Made by a program: the position numbers and the translations under genes. Shown in pieces: positions 51,301 through 63,000 of a stretch of DNA of 64,000 bases. The notes below the pieces were generated by a model. The model was not told the origin of the DNA, searched no databases, and saw nothing but the letters and a program-made list of their open reading frames with translations. Within the stretch, counting starts at the first letter, position 1, and every line of letters starts with the position of its first letter. Source of the DNA: Dipteris shenzhenensis (lineage: Eukaryota); the NCBI GenBank assembly GCA_047967505.1, contig CM106538.1; one strand, given 5' to 3'.

Positions 51301-51399
51301 CTCTCGTCCATCTCTCTCACTCTTCTCTCTCTCTCTTTCCTCTCCGCTCTAGTCTACGTTTCCTCTCATCTTAGTCTATTCTCTCCCCTCCTCTTCATT

Positions 51400-53240
51400 T
51401 CCCCTCTCTCTCTCTCTCTCCCACTCTCTCCTCACCTTTTCTCTCTCTCTCACTTGCGCTCCCCACTCTCTCTCTCACTTGCCACGGCCTTCCCCCTCTC
51501 TCTCTCTCCCCTCCCCTCTCTCTGGCGTACCAGCCTCCCCCCCTCTCTCCCTCTTGCTGTCGCGGCAGCGGCCTCCCCCCCTCTCTCTCTATCCCCCTCC
51601 CTCTCTTTCGCTGCTGCAGCAGTGGCCCCCCTCTCTCTCTCTCTCCCCCCTCTCTCTCGCTGCCGCGCCTCCCCCCCTTCTCTCTCGCTGCTGTGGCAGC
51701 GGCCCCCCCTCTCTCTCTCTCCCTCCCCCTCTCTCTCGCTGCCGTGCCCCCCCTTCTCTCTGTCCCCCCCCACTCCTCTCTCGCTGCCGTGGCAGCGACC
51801 CCCCTCCCCTTCTCTCTCTGCCTCCCCTCCTCTCCCCCCCTTCTCTCTCTCTCCCCCCCTTCTCTCTCGCTGCCGCGGTAGTGGCTCCCCCCCTCTCTCT
51901 CCCTCCCCCTCTCTCTCGCTGCCGCGCCCCCCCCTCTCTCTCTCCCCCCCTCCTCTCTCACTGCCGCGGCAGCGGCCCCCCCTCTCTCTCTCGCCTCCCC
52001 TCCCCTCCCTCTCCCCCCCCTCTCTCTGCTGCCACGGCAGCGGCCTCCCCTCCTCTCTCTCTCTCCTCCCCCCCCTTTCTCTCCCCCCCTCCTCTCTCTC
52101 CCCCCCCTCCTCTCTCGCTACCGCGGCAGTGGCCCCCCCTCCTCTCTCTCTCTCCCTCCCCCTCTCTCTCGCTGCTGCACCCCCCCTTCTCTCTCTCCCC
52201 CCCATCCTCTCTCGCTCCCCTGCCCTCCCCTCCCCTCCCTCTCCCCCCCCTCCCTCTCCCCCCCTCTCTCCGCTGCCGCGGCAGCGGCCTCCCCCCCTCT
52301 CTCTCTCTCCTCCCCCCTTTCTCTCTCTCTCCCCCTCTCTCTCGCTGCCTCCCCTTCTCTCTCTCCCCCCTCCTCTCTCGCTGTCGCGATAGCGGCCCCA
52401 CCCTCTCTCTCTCTCCCTCCCCTCTCTCGTTGCCGTGCCCCCCTTCTCTCTCTCCCTCCCCTCCTCTCTGGTTGCCGCGGCAGCGCCCCCCCCTCTCTCT
52501 CCCTCTCCCTTCCCCCCTCCCTCTCCCCCCTCTCTCCGCTGCCGTGGCAGCGGCCGCCCCCTTCTCTCTCTCCCCCCCTCCTCTCTCGCTACCGTAGCAA
52601 CTACCCCCCCTCTCTCTCTCTCCCTCCCCCTCTCTCTCGCTGCCGCGCCCCCTCCCCTTCTCTCTCTCCCCCCTACTCTCTCACTGCCGTGGCAGCGGCC
52701 CCCCCCTCTCTCTCTCCCCTCCCCTCCCCTCCCTCCCCCCCCTCCCTCTCCCCCCCTCTCTCCACTGTCGCGGCAGCGGCCTCCCCCCCCTCTCTCTCTC
52801 TCCTCCCCCCCTTTCTCTCACTGCCCCCCTTCTCTCTCTCCCCCCCTCCTCCTCTCTCGCTGCCGCGGCAGCGGCCCCCCCTCTCTCTCTCCCTCCCCCT
52901 CTCTCTCGCTGCCGCGGCCCCCCCCTTCTCTCTCTCCCCCCATCCTCTCTCGCTGCCGTGGCAGCGGCCCCCCCTCTCTCTCCCCTCCCCTCCCCTCCCT
53001 CCTCCCCCCCCCTCCCTCTCCCCCCCTCTCTCTGCTGCCGCGGTAGCGGCCTCTCCCCCCTCTCTCTCTCCCCCCCCCCTCTCTCTCGCGCTGCCGCGGG
53101 TAGCGGCTTCCCCCCTCTCTCCCCTCTCTTCCCCCCCCCTTCTCTCCCCCCCCCCTTTCTCTCCCCTCTCTTTCCCCCCCCCTTCTCTCCTCTCTCTTCC
53201 TCTCTCTTTCTCTCTCTCTCTCTTTTTCTGCCGAGGCAGC
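51400..53240 (+). repeat. Polypyrimidine (CT/C) minisatellite punctuated by GCTGCCGCGGCAGC palindromes
   Basis: Dozens of cgctgccg(c/t)ggcagcgg units or half-units between CT tracts. Perfect 18-bp palindrome at 52270-52287. Confidence 0.93.
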
Positions 53241-53335
53241 AAGACTCTCTCTCTTATAATCTCTCTCTAAAAGTCTTTCCTTCACTTTTCTCTCTCTATA
53301 ATAAAATTTCAAAGAACACAAATTAAAAAAAAAGT

Positions 53336-53540
53336 ACCTGGAAAAAAGTTGAGATCTATGCTTGTGCTTGCTTGTGCTTGCTTTTGCTCTTCCTCCTCTT
53401 TTTGCTTCTCCTCTTGCTCTTCCTTGTTGAAATGAGAGAAATAATGAGAGAAGGAGAGTATATATAAGAAAAACTAGGGTTTTAAGTGCTTCTCTCTCAT
53501 TGGTCCTTCTATAACATTATCTCCTCTCCCATTGGCCTCT
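53336..53540 (-). promoter_or_regulatory. Candidate core promoter and non-coding first exon on the minus strand (probably for the Ulp1-like gene)
   Basis: Minus strand, in order: two CCAAT boxes (~53535, ~53503), telo-box-like AAACCCTAG (~53483), TTATATATA (~53468), a purine-rich leader, then splice donor CAG|GTAC (~53337). Confidence 0.45.
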
Positions 53541-53561
53541 CTATTAGATTATCTTCTCTCT

Positions 53562-54470
53562 CTCTCTCCCACCCACTCCCATCCTCCCACCCCATTCCCA
53601 CTCCCACCCCCATCCTCCCACCCCACCTCCCCCATTCCCACTCCCATGCCCATGCCCATTCTTTCACCTTCCCCATTCCCACTCCCTCTCCCACTCCCAT
53701 CCTCCCACCCCACCCCTCCCACTCCCACCCTCACCCCACCCCCACCTCCCCCATTCCCACTCCCACTCCCACTCCCATTCTCCCACCCACTCCCATCCTC
53801 CCACCTCCACCTCTCACTCCCACTCCCATCCTCCCACCCCCACCCCTCCCCCCCCCATTCCCACTCCCACTCCTATTCTCCCACCCTTATCCTCCCACCT
53901 CACCCCTCCCACTCCCATCCTCCCACTCCCTCTCCCACTCCCACTCCCATTTTCCCACCCCCCCACCTCCCCCATTCCCACTCCCACTCCCATTTTCCCA
54001 CCCCCCCACCTCCCCCATTCCCACTCCCTCCCCCATCCTCCCACCCCACCCCTCCCACTTCCACCCCCACCTCCCCCATTCCCACTCGCATCCTCCCACC
54101 TCACCCCTCCCACTTCCACCCCCACCTCCCCCATTCCCACTCCCTCTCCCACTCCCATCCTCCCACTCCCACTCCCCACCCCTCCCACTCCCACTCCCAT
54201 CCTCCCACCCTCACCCCACCCCCACCTCCCCCATTCCCACTCCCTCTCCCACTCCCACTCCCATTCTCCCACCCCCACCCACCCCCACCCCCATCTCCCC
54301 CATTCCCACTCCCTCTCCCACTCCCACTCCCATCCTCCCACCCCCACCCCCACCCCCACCGCCCCCATTCCCAGTCCCTCTCCCACTCTCCCTTTCTCCC
54401 ACTACCACCCTCCCACACTCCCTTTCTCCACTTTCCCACTCTCCCTTTCTCCCACTACCACCCTCCCAAC
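53562..54470 (+). repeat. C-rich hexamer-like array (CCCACT/CCCATT/CCCATC)
   Basis: Directly visible. The minus strand is a continuous run of GGG tracts. Confidence 0.93.
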
Positions 54471-54545
54471 TATCAATTCCACTATTACTTATGAATTCTA
54501 ATTAAAACTATTACTTAAATAAATGATATTACTTGAAAACACTCA

Positions 54546-55525
54546 TAGGATTTAAGGTTTAGGATTTCGTGGTTTGGGTTTAGGATTTGGGGTTTGGTGA
54601 GTTAGGGTTTAGGGTTTAGGGTTTGTGAGTTAGGAATTAGGGTTTGTGAGTTAGGGTTAGGGTTTAGGGTTTGTGAGTTAGGGTTTAGGGTTTGGTGGTT
54701 TGGATTTAGGGTTTGGGGGGTAGGGTTTAGGGTTTAAGATTTGGGAGTTAGGGTTTAGGGTTCAAGGTTTGAGGGTTAGGGTTTAGAGTTTGGTGGTTTG
54801 GGTTTAGGGGGTAGGGTTTAGGGTTTAGGGTTTGGGGGTTAGGGTTTAGGATTTAGGGTTTAGGGTTTGGGGGTTAGGGTTTAGGGTTTAGGGTTTGGGG
54901 GTTAGGGTTTAGGGTTTGGGAGTTAGAGTTTAAGGTTTAGGGTTTAGGGTTTGGGGTCTAGGGTTTAGGGTTCAGGGTTTAGGGTTTAGGAATTACGGTT
55001 TAGGGTTGAGGGTTTGGGAGTTAGGGTTTAGGGTTTGGGGGTTAGGGTTTAGGGTTCAGGGTTTGGGGATTAGGGTTAAGGGTTTAGGGTTTAAGGTTTA
55101 AGGTTTAAGAGTTAGGGTTTAGGGTTTAGGATTTAGGGTTTGGGAGTTAGGGTTTAGGGTTTGGGGGTTAGAGTTTAGGGTTTAGGAGTTAGGGTTTAGA
55201 GTTTAGGGTTTAGGGTTTGGGGTTTAGGGTTGAGGGTTTAGGGTTTAGGGTTTAGGAGTTAGGGTTTAGGGTTTAGGGTTTAGGGTTTGGGAGTTAGGGT
55301 TTAGGGTTTGGGGGTTAGGGTTTAGGGTTTAGGGTTTAGGGTTTGGGAGTTAGGGTTTAGGGTTAGGGGGTTAGGGTTTAGGGTTTAGGGTTTGGGGGTT
55401 AGGGTTTAGGGTTTAGGGTTTAGGAGTTAGGGTTTAGGGTTTAGGGTTTAGGGTTGTTATTGGTTAGGGTTGAGGGTTTAGGGTTGTTTTGGTTTACGGT
55501 TTAGGGTTTAGGGTTTAGGGTTGTA
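54546..55525 (+). repeat. Interstitial telomeric array (TTTAGGG/TTAGGG mix)
   Basis: ~980 bp of gggttta with gggagtta and gggggtta variants. Confidence 0.98.
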
Positions 55526-55630
55526 TTGGTTAGTGTCTAACTAAATTTTCAAACAAGTTCTAGATTTTTGAATCATTAATAAAGTAGATTATTGAGAAGA
55601 GACTTATGTTCTTTATAATGGTTGTTACAG

Positions 55631-58600
55631 CTTGTTTGCAAAGGAAACTCACAAAGGAGATGGCTACAAAATTTATTCCGGGGATGGAGGTGATTTTATG
55701 TTGCAAAAGAGAAGTAGTTGCATTTGCTACAATCCATGAAAGTGATCCAAATTCTATTTGTCACTTTAGAAGACTTGGCGAAGATAAGGTGGCGGTTATT
55801 GTATCAAGGATTCTTAGTGCACATGTTGAGCTAAAGCATAAGTGTGGGGATATGGAAATCCTTGGAGATGTTATGCCCTATAATACTTCCAACAAAGCAT
55901 TTATTGCATGGGAAAGAGATGAGACTTATCCAACACATGTCATCAGGAATACAAAGTGCATATCGTTGGATTTTAGAGTGGGAGATATTTTACAAATGTT
56001 ATCATTTACAAATAAGTATGTAGCAGAAGGTCAAGTCTTGGGATTTGAGCAAGTGGAACACTGGACATTTGTGCAGATGAGAATTCAAAAAGTTACTGAT
56101 GATGGTATGGATGATAACTCAATGTCATTGGATGGTCCCTACTATGAGGTAGGTAAGGATTTGAGATGGAGCATGCAATTTTTAAAGATTGGAAAGACTC
56201 GGCATGTGGTTTTCTCGTGGTTTTTAGTGATAAACATAATGTATACTACAACATCAAAGAATTGAAAGAATATGACAATGTACCAAGCTCTGTTCCTTCA
56301 GAGATGGATGATTCCAATGCACTCAACTATAGCACTAATGTCTTATCAGAAGTCGATGAGTTCATTGGTACCGAGAAAGAAAAATATTTCACAAGTGATG
56401 CCTTATCCGGGGTGGATGAGTTCATGCACATTGAGAACTTGGGCAAAGATGTCAAAAGTGTTATATTTTCAAGCATGGATGGCTTCATGGATACTGATAA
56501 AGTTCTTAGAGTCAAAGCAGGTAACTATGGAATTATGGAAATCATGCATGATAGTATAATGAGTGATGTTCTCTTTGGAGTAGAGGAGTTTCAAGACTAT
56601 GGAGTTATGAAATCCATAGAAAGTGCATCAATGAGCGATGTTCTCTTAGGAATAGATGAGTTTAAAGATCATTCTGGACACTCTATCACCACTGACTATG
56701 GAGTTATGAAATCCATAGAAAGTGCATCAATGAGTGATGTTCTCTCAGGAATAGATGAGTTTGAAGATCATTCGGGACACTCTAATGCCATTGTGACAAG
56801 TGGTTCTACGATTGTATCAAAAGTAGGGATGAGATCAACAAAGGACTATTCAGTGTTTGACTTTGATTGTGAACTTGTAAATGTTACAAATGGTTTAACG
56901 AATGTATCAAAAGCAAGGATGACATCAACAAAGGAATATTCAGTATATTTGACTGTCAGAGTGATAAGATCAAGGATGCAACATCTCATAAAAACAACGT
57001 GACAAATAAATCTTACAAGGAGAACTACACAAATCCAAATAAGAATGTACAGAAGGTCCCAAAACGGACATACAGATGCATGAAAAGACAACGAGTGCAG
57101 GCAGATCCAGAAAAGAAACCAAAGAGAATAAGAGTAATGAATGAAGATGTTATGCTAAAAGCAATGCGATCTACATGCTGTAAGCGTACATGTATGCGAT
57201 CCATTAACTTACATGACATCAAGGGTTGTAGAGAACATGTCTGGCAAAGGAAAGGAAGCAGAAGAAATGAATACCTACTCACGAGATTGTCTTGCTTTCT
57301 TGTAAATGATAAGAGAAGGCGAAGTTCAGGACATCAAATAAGGCCTCTTATAAATGGAAAAAGTATATGCAATAATGCATATCACATTATTACAGGATTA
57401 TCACATGGCACATATTGGAATTTGGCTAATAAAGCAAAGTATGGAGTTAAATTTAACATTAATGGAAACATAGGAAGGCCCAAAACAAGAGCCTCAATGG
57501 TTGCGCCAACAGCAATTTTGAAAGATTACATTTATGAAAATGCTTTACCGCAACCCCACCTATCAGAAATGCATCTTCCGATAGGTTTGACCAAAAAAGA
57601 AGTATTTAACTCTATTGGAGAAACACAGAGGCAAAGAGGGCATGCACCGGCATCTTTTCATACTTTGTATACTCTTTGGAAAAAAAGCTTTGGACATGTT
57701 AAAATCCCAAAGAGGCAAAAAATGTCAAAGTGCAACGACTGTGATAATCTAAAGCGAGCACTTGAGAGTGCAACATCTCCAGAACAAAAAGAAGCTTACA
57801 AAAGAAAGAGAGAATTTCATCATGGACTTGTTCGACATTCTAGAATAAAATATGCATTTTGGAAGGAGCAAGCTATTTCTCACCCAAATGAGTACATGTG
57901 CATTATTGTAGATGGTATGGATCAAAATACAACAACATTACCTCGATTCGTTAACACTCCACTTAAGCTACAAGGCAAATACTTTTTAAAGACACATCTA
58001 TGTGGAGTGTTAGTGCACGGATTTAAGTTTTTCATAGACATATGGATTGATTCCTTGCATCTACACAATAGCAATCAAGTTGTAACATCCGTTATGAAGG
58101 CAATTCACAATGTACATGCGGAAAAAGGTCGCCTACCAGCAACTTTGAGAGTACAAGTAGACAATTGCGGACAAGAGAATAAGAATGTACTCTTCTTTAC
58201 ATTTTGCTCAATGCTAATCGCTCATAGAATCTTCAATGAGATTGAAGTTGGGTTTTTGTTGGTTGGGCACACACATGAGGATATCGATCAGGTACTTAGC
58301 ACAGTTTCAAGAGAACTAAAACACAAGGACATGGAGACAATGGATGACTTGATAAGAAAATGTGGGAGGCAAGTTGGTGGCCGTAAGGAAGGAACAATAT
58401 GCTCAATGGTTGAGAGGATGTATGATTGGAAGAGCTTTATTCTACCTTTCATACAAAAAGGTGGTGATGCCCTGATGAGGCCCTGATTGGTCATAACGCT
58501 CCACACTATTTTTGATTTTTCTGAAAGGATGAAAAACCAGTGATGCAATGGTAACACTATTCTCTTGATATAAAATGGGAACCTGAAGAACCTTACTCTC

Positions 58601-59390
58601 TCTTAACTCCAATCCCGAGCAAAGAAATGCATCCAACATGGGCTCTTATAAAAGAATTCAGTGAGAAATCCAAAGGTGAAATAGAAGGCTTAAAAGCTTT
58701 TATTGCATACAAAGAGGAAATGCTCCGGAGATTTCTTGATTGGAAGCCCTCTTGGAAGGAAAACACTACTGTTGTAATTAGCAAGACCTACCAATTGATA
58801 AAGGACCTTGCAAAAATGCGAGAAGATGATATTAAGGCAGAACGGCCTTTATTTTGGCCAAATGTTGGTAATGACTTGCGTCTAGCATGTGGTCTCTTTG
58901 AAAATGAGTTTGAATCGTTGCTCCCATGTCCATATTGGGGACCCAAGAAGAGAAGTTTATGCCACAAATAGACATAGATGTCCATTGTTTTGTTGCAGTT
59001 CGACCATCGGATGATGAACATGAGAACGTGAAGTTTGGGGTTGCAAAAGTAGTTGACGTGAGCATGGATGACCGGGGGAGAGCTACAACATTTACAGTGG
59101 CATGGTATGAGCCAAGGGGCAAGAAGGAGAACCAAGATAATAGTACATTGTATAGTAGTTGTCTGAAAAAGGAATGGGTCCCAAACCATGAAACAATTTC
59201 AAGACTTTCCACAGAGACAGTCATAGTATCCTGGAAATCAAGGTCAAAGAAAACAAAGAAGCACATGGGGTATGATGTAGAAGACAAAATAAAATTACCG
59301 CAACTAATTATTATGCACATTACAGAGTTCACAAAGATGCTCGCCCGGGAGGAAGTAGAAGGAGATAGCGCAAATGAAGAATGCCCATGA
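55631..59390 (+). pseudogene. Sola/DUF7869-like DDD transposase, copy B (~1250 codons, few frameshifts)
   Basis: Consecutive ORFs 55606-56265, 56166-57002, 56999-58486, 58627-58971 and 58926-59390. Motifs: CCKRTC, ICNNAY, KCNDC..H, IIVDGMDQN, QVDNCGQENKN, FLLVGHTHEDIDQ. N-terminal VAFATIHESDP..CHFRRLG..KVAVIV resembles the Tnp1/En/Spm (Transposase_23-like) domain. Possible splice acceptor at 55630, ATG at 55660. Confidence 0.87.
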
Positions 59391-60094
59391 TAACACCATT
59401 CAAATATCAAGAAAGAGTGAAGGTGGTGGTGGTTGTCAGATGAGAGTGAATGAATATGGCACCCAAGCGACAAGTGACGACAGAAAGGACATTCTGAACA
59501 AGCAAATGCTTGGATCGCTCATTTCTATGATCATGATAGAAAAGGACATTCAAACAGGCAAATGTTTGGATCACCCATTTGTACTAAACTCATTGTAAAG
59601 GAAAAATTAAATAATTGAAAAGGCCACAAGAGATCCTTTGTACAAAGACTCATCTAGAGCAATATTTGTTGTAAAACTTATGACATGATAATGTAAAATT
59701 GCAAGCATAGATATTGCTACTTTTGGAAGTACAAAAGAGGCTTCCATCATGTCTCATGTCTATATAAACCTTTTAATTTCTTGAATATTCAAGAGTGTTA
59801 TAGTTTTCTACATTGAAAGTAAAAAGAGTCTTATAGGTCTCTTATGTATACATTTTTTGGCTCGGAGTCTATAGTGCCGACTCCTGGGGAGTGTTAAGGG
59901 TACCCATCATATACCCATATAACTCCGCAGGACTAGGAGGGTGCCCTAAAAGATTATATAAGTCCTTCCAAATAGATTCCCGGGGATCAGGTGAGCTAGA
60001 AGCACTTCCTGGCCACATGTTGAACTAGAAAAAAGGAAAAAAATCTATTGCTGATGAGCTGAGAAGAAAGGGGAAGAAAAAAGAGGCTCTGTCA

Positions 60095-63000
60095 GAGTGC
60101 GTCTATAGACCCGTCTGATTTGCACGTCTATAGACGCGTCTAACAGAGCGTTTAACAGTGCATTTAACAGTGCGTCTAATAGTGCATTTAACATCCCTTC
60201 GTATCCACCATCGCGAAATGTGGTTGGAGCAAAAAATCAAATGTCTATGTGATCGATGTCGAGAAAACATGTATCGTGCATGCAGGATTACACTCAATCA
60301 TATCTCAAAGTATGGAGAATGGGATGTGACCATAAACAGGGTAAGGGTTTGTAAGTTAAGGTTGATTGAGATACCTATGGGTGTTCATATGTTTTAGTTA
60401 TGATCCCATTTTAATTTGATACAGGATGCAGTGCCACACCCGCACATGTTACCCTATGCCCGTCATGAGGAGGCAAAGCGTCGGCGATATGAGGTGGGAT
60501 CTTCAGGAGGGACCGTTACGGATGCATGGAGTGATGGTGATAGTAGCCCTCCACCATTACCTCATGAAGCCGTGGAGGAGGAGGTGTTTGATGATATGGT
60601 GCGGGATTTATATGTACATCAAGGGAGGGATAATAGCATGGAGCAAGATGATCTTTTTACCGTAGCATCGACTCCACTGTTTGAGGGGTGCACATTCTCT
60701 GTTCTACATGCCTCCCTTGAGTTACTAAACTTGCAAACCATCTATGGATGGAGCAATGCAAGTTTGAATGCATTACTCAAGTAAGCTTTAAAGTCAATTT
60801 TGCAAACATGGTGAATTATGTGCGTGGGTCAATTACTCGAATGCTTTTCCTCATTTATGGTCTCTTCACGTGCAGGCTATTGTGTAAAATGCTTCCAAGG
60901 GAGAATAAATTACCGACCTCAAGAGATATGGCAAGGCAACATGTGACCTCTCTTGGAGGATTAGATTACAAGCGCATCCATGCATGTGTCAACGATTGCG
61001 TTTTGTTTCGTGGACTACATAAGGATGCAAGAGAGTGTCCTACTTGTGGAGAGGCAAGATATAGAGCAGATCTCAAAACCTTGGACGTGCCTCGTAAGGT
61101 ATTGCGACATTTTCCCATAATCCCTCGCATCCAACATATGTTCAAGTGCAAATCTATTGCAGAGCTCATGTCATGGCATTCCTCCCATCGATCAACTGAT
61201 GGCAAGTGGAGAAGATCTATAGTCAGAGAAGAAATTTATACTAGTATTGAAGACACATGGCCAAGCTTCAAGGAAGAACCTAGGAGCTTGAGACTTGGAT
61301 TGGGTATGGACGGTGTGAACCCATTTGGTCTCAAAAGAACGTCTTACAGTGTATGGCCAGTGGTATTGGTGAATTACAATCTTCCACCCTCTATGGCTAT
61401 TAAGAAAGGACATGTCATGCTGTCCCTTCTAATTCCAGGGAAACATAAAGTCAAAAATCCTAATGTTTATTTGGAGCCTTTGATTGATGAGCTAGAGATG
61501 CTTTGGAGAGGTATCGAGGTGCATGATGTGAGCAGGCCTCCCTCATCACGAGACTTCAACTGCAAAGCAGTCTTGATGTGGACGATGCATGACTTCCCAG
61601 GCTATGGCGAGTGTTCAGGTAAGCATTGCATTTTTTAATTATAAATAGGCAAAGGACGTGGCACCCTAAACCCACCTTCCACTCTTAATTGCATCTATTG
61701 TTCAGGTCTCACTACATTGGGTTACCATGCATGTCCTGTTTGTGGTCCTTCGCTAGTTGCCTCACGGACAGATGCATTGAATAAGGTCATCTATGAGAAT
61801 CACCATCGATTTCTCCCACCTGATCATCCTAGATATGTTGCCCCTTGGAATGAAGTCCTCCCAAAATCACTCACCGCGGCAGATTGGATGAGAATTTGGG
61901 ATGGTTCCACGACTCCTCCACCACTTGGCATGAGCCGGTAAGGGTTTGTAACTATTGGCTGGAAGTAAAGATTGGCTATATTGTTTGAAAGTAAAGATTG
62001 CACGCTAACACTTTATTTTGTTTAGATACTCCATCTTTTATCGTTTACCATATTGGTCCCACCTCAAGATCAATCACCTACTTGATCCCATGCATATCTT
62101 CAAGAATATGGCATCTACCATTTGGGAGCATTTGAATGGGACATGAGATTTGGTAGGCATAAGGGAGGATCTATGTACCACAGGGAGGATGCGTGAAGCT
62201 TGGCCTCAAGAGAGACCAAATGGGCGTGTTTTTTTACCTCGTGCACCGTGAATGTTATCAAAGCTAGAGATGGCAACGGTGGAGTGCGCTATTACTACAA
62301 TTCGTACTCCCACTGGATGCATGAGGTGTTTGAAGGGAGCCTTTACAAAGAGCAAGAAAAGAGGTGTAGAGCAATTATATGGCTTGAAATCTCATGATTG
62401 GCACAAGATGCTCCAAGTAAGTATTTTATATGCATAATATCTTTTTCCTTTCAAATTTGTGAGTGAATAGCTATAAGCAACTAATCAACCACCTCCTCGC
62501 GGGTTCAGTTCATACTACCTACTAGCATTTCACGTAGTGCATCAAAGGACGTGAAAGATTGTATTTACAAGATGGGCGAGCTTGTGAGGTATGTGAGCTC
62601 AAAGAAAATAGATCCCACCACTCTTGAGAATACTCGAGTTATGTCAGTGGAGGTGGTTTGGTTAGTGGAGGAGACATTTCCACGTTCTATTCTCACAAGC
62701 CAACTACATCTCATAGTACATTTGGTGGATGAGATTGCTATATGCAGTACTATACATGCACGATGGTTGTTTTTCCTTGAGCACTTCATGAAGACATTGA
62801 AGGGCTTCGTGAGACAAAATGCAAGACCCGAAGGTAGCATGGCCGAGGGTTGGTTGGTACAAGAGTCACTTGTATATATTTCTGAGTTTCTTGTTGATGT
62901 GGATAGCTCTCTCCCATGACTATGGAGAGATGATGAAGACCTAAGGATGACCTCTATTGTGCCTCAAGGAAAAGGACGCAACAAAGTAATAGACACGGAG

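Larger units (their letters stand above)
45098..59600 (+). mobile_element. Composite DNA element, copy B (at least 14.5 kb; right end not found)
   Basis: Begins with AACACTTATTTCATTAATTTTGGA exactly where the hAT ORF is interrupted. Same module order as copy A, in inverted orientation. Confidence 0.78.

Noticed and set aside
51274-54505. Long Pro/Ser/Leu- and Gly/Glu/Arg-rich ORFs on both strands (extensin-like appearance)
   Set aside because: They arise from CT/C-rich repeats that lack stop codons in several frames at once; no coding evidence.
59600-60095. Right TIR of composite copy B
   Set aside because: No match to CCAAAATTAATGAAATA(A/G)GTG and no resumption of the hAT sequence; the end appears lost.
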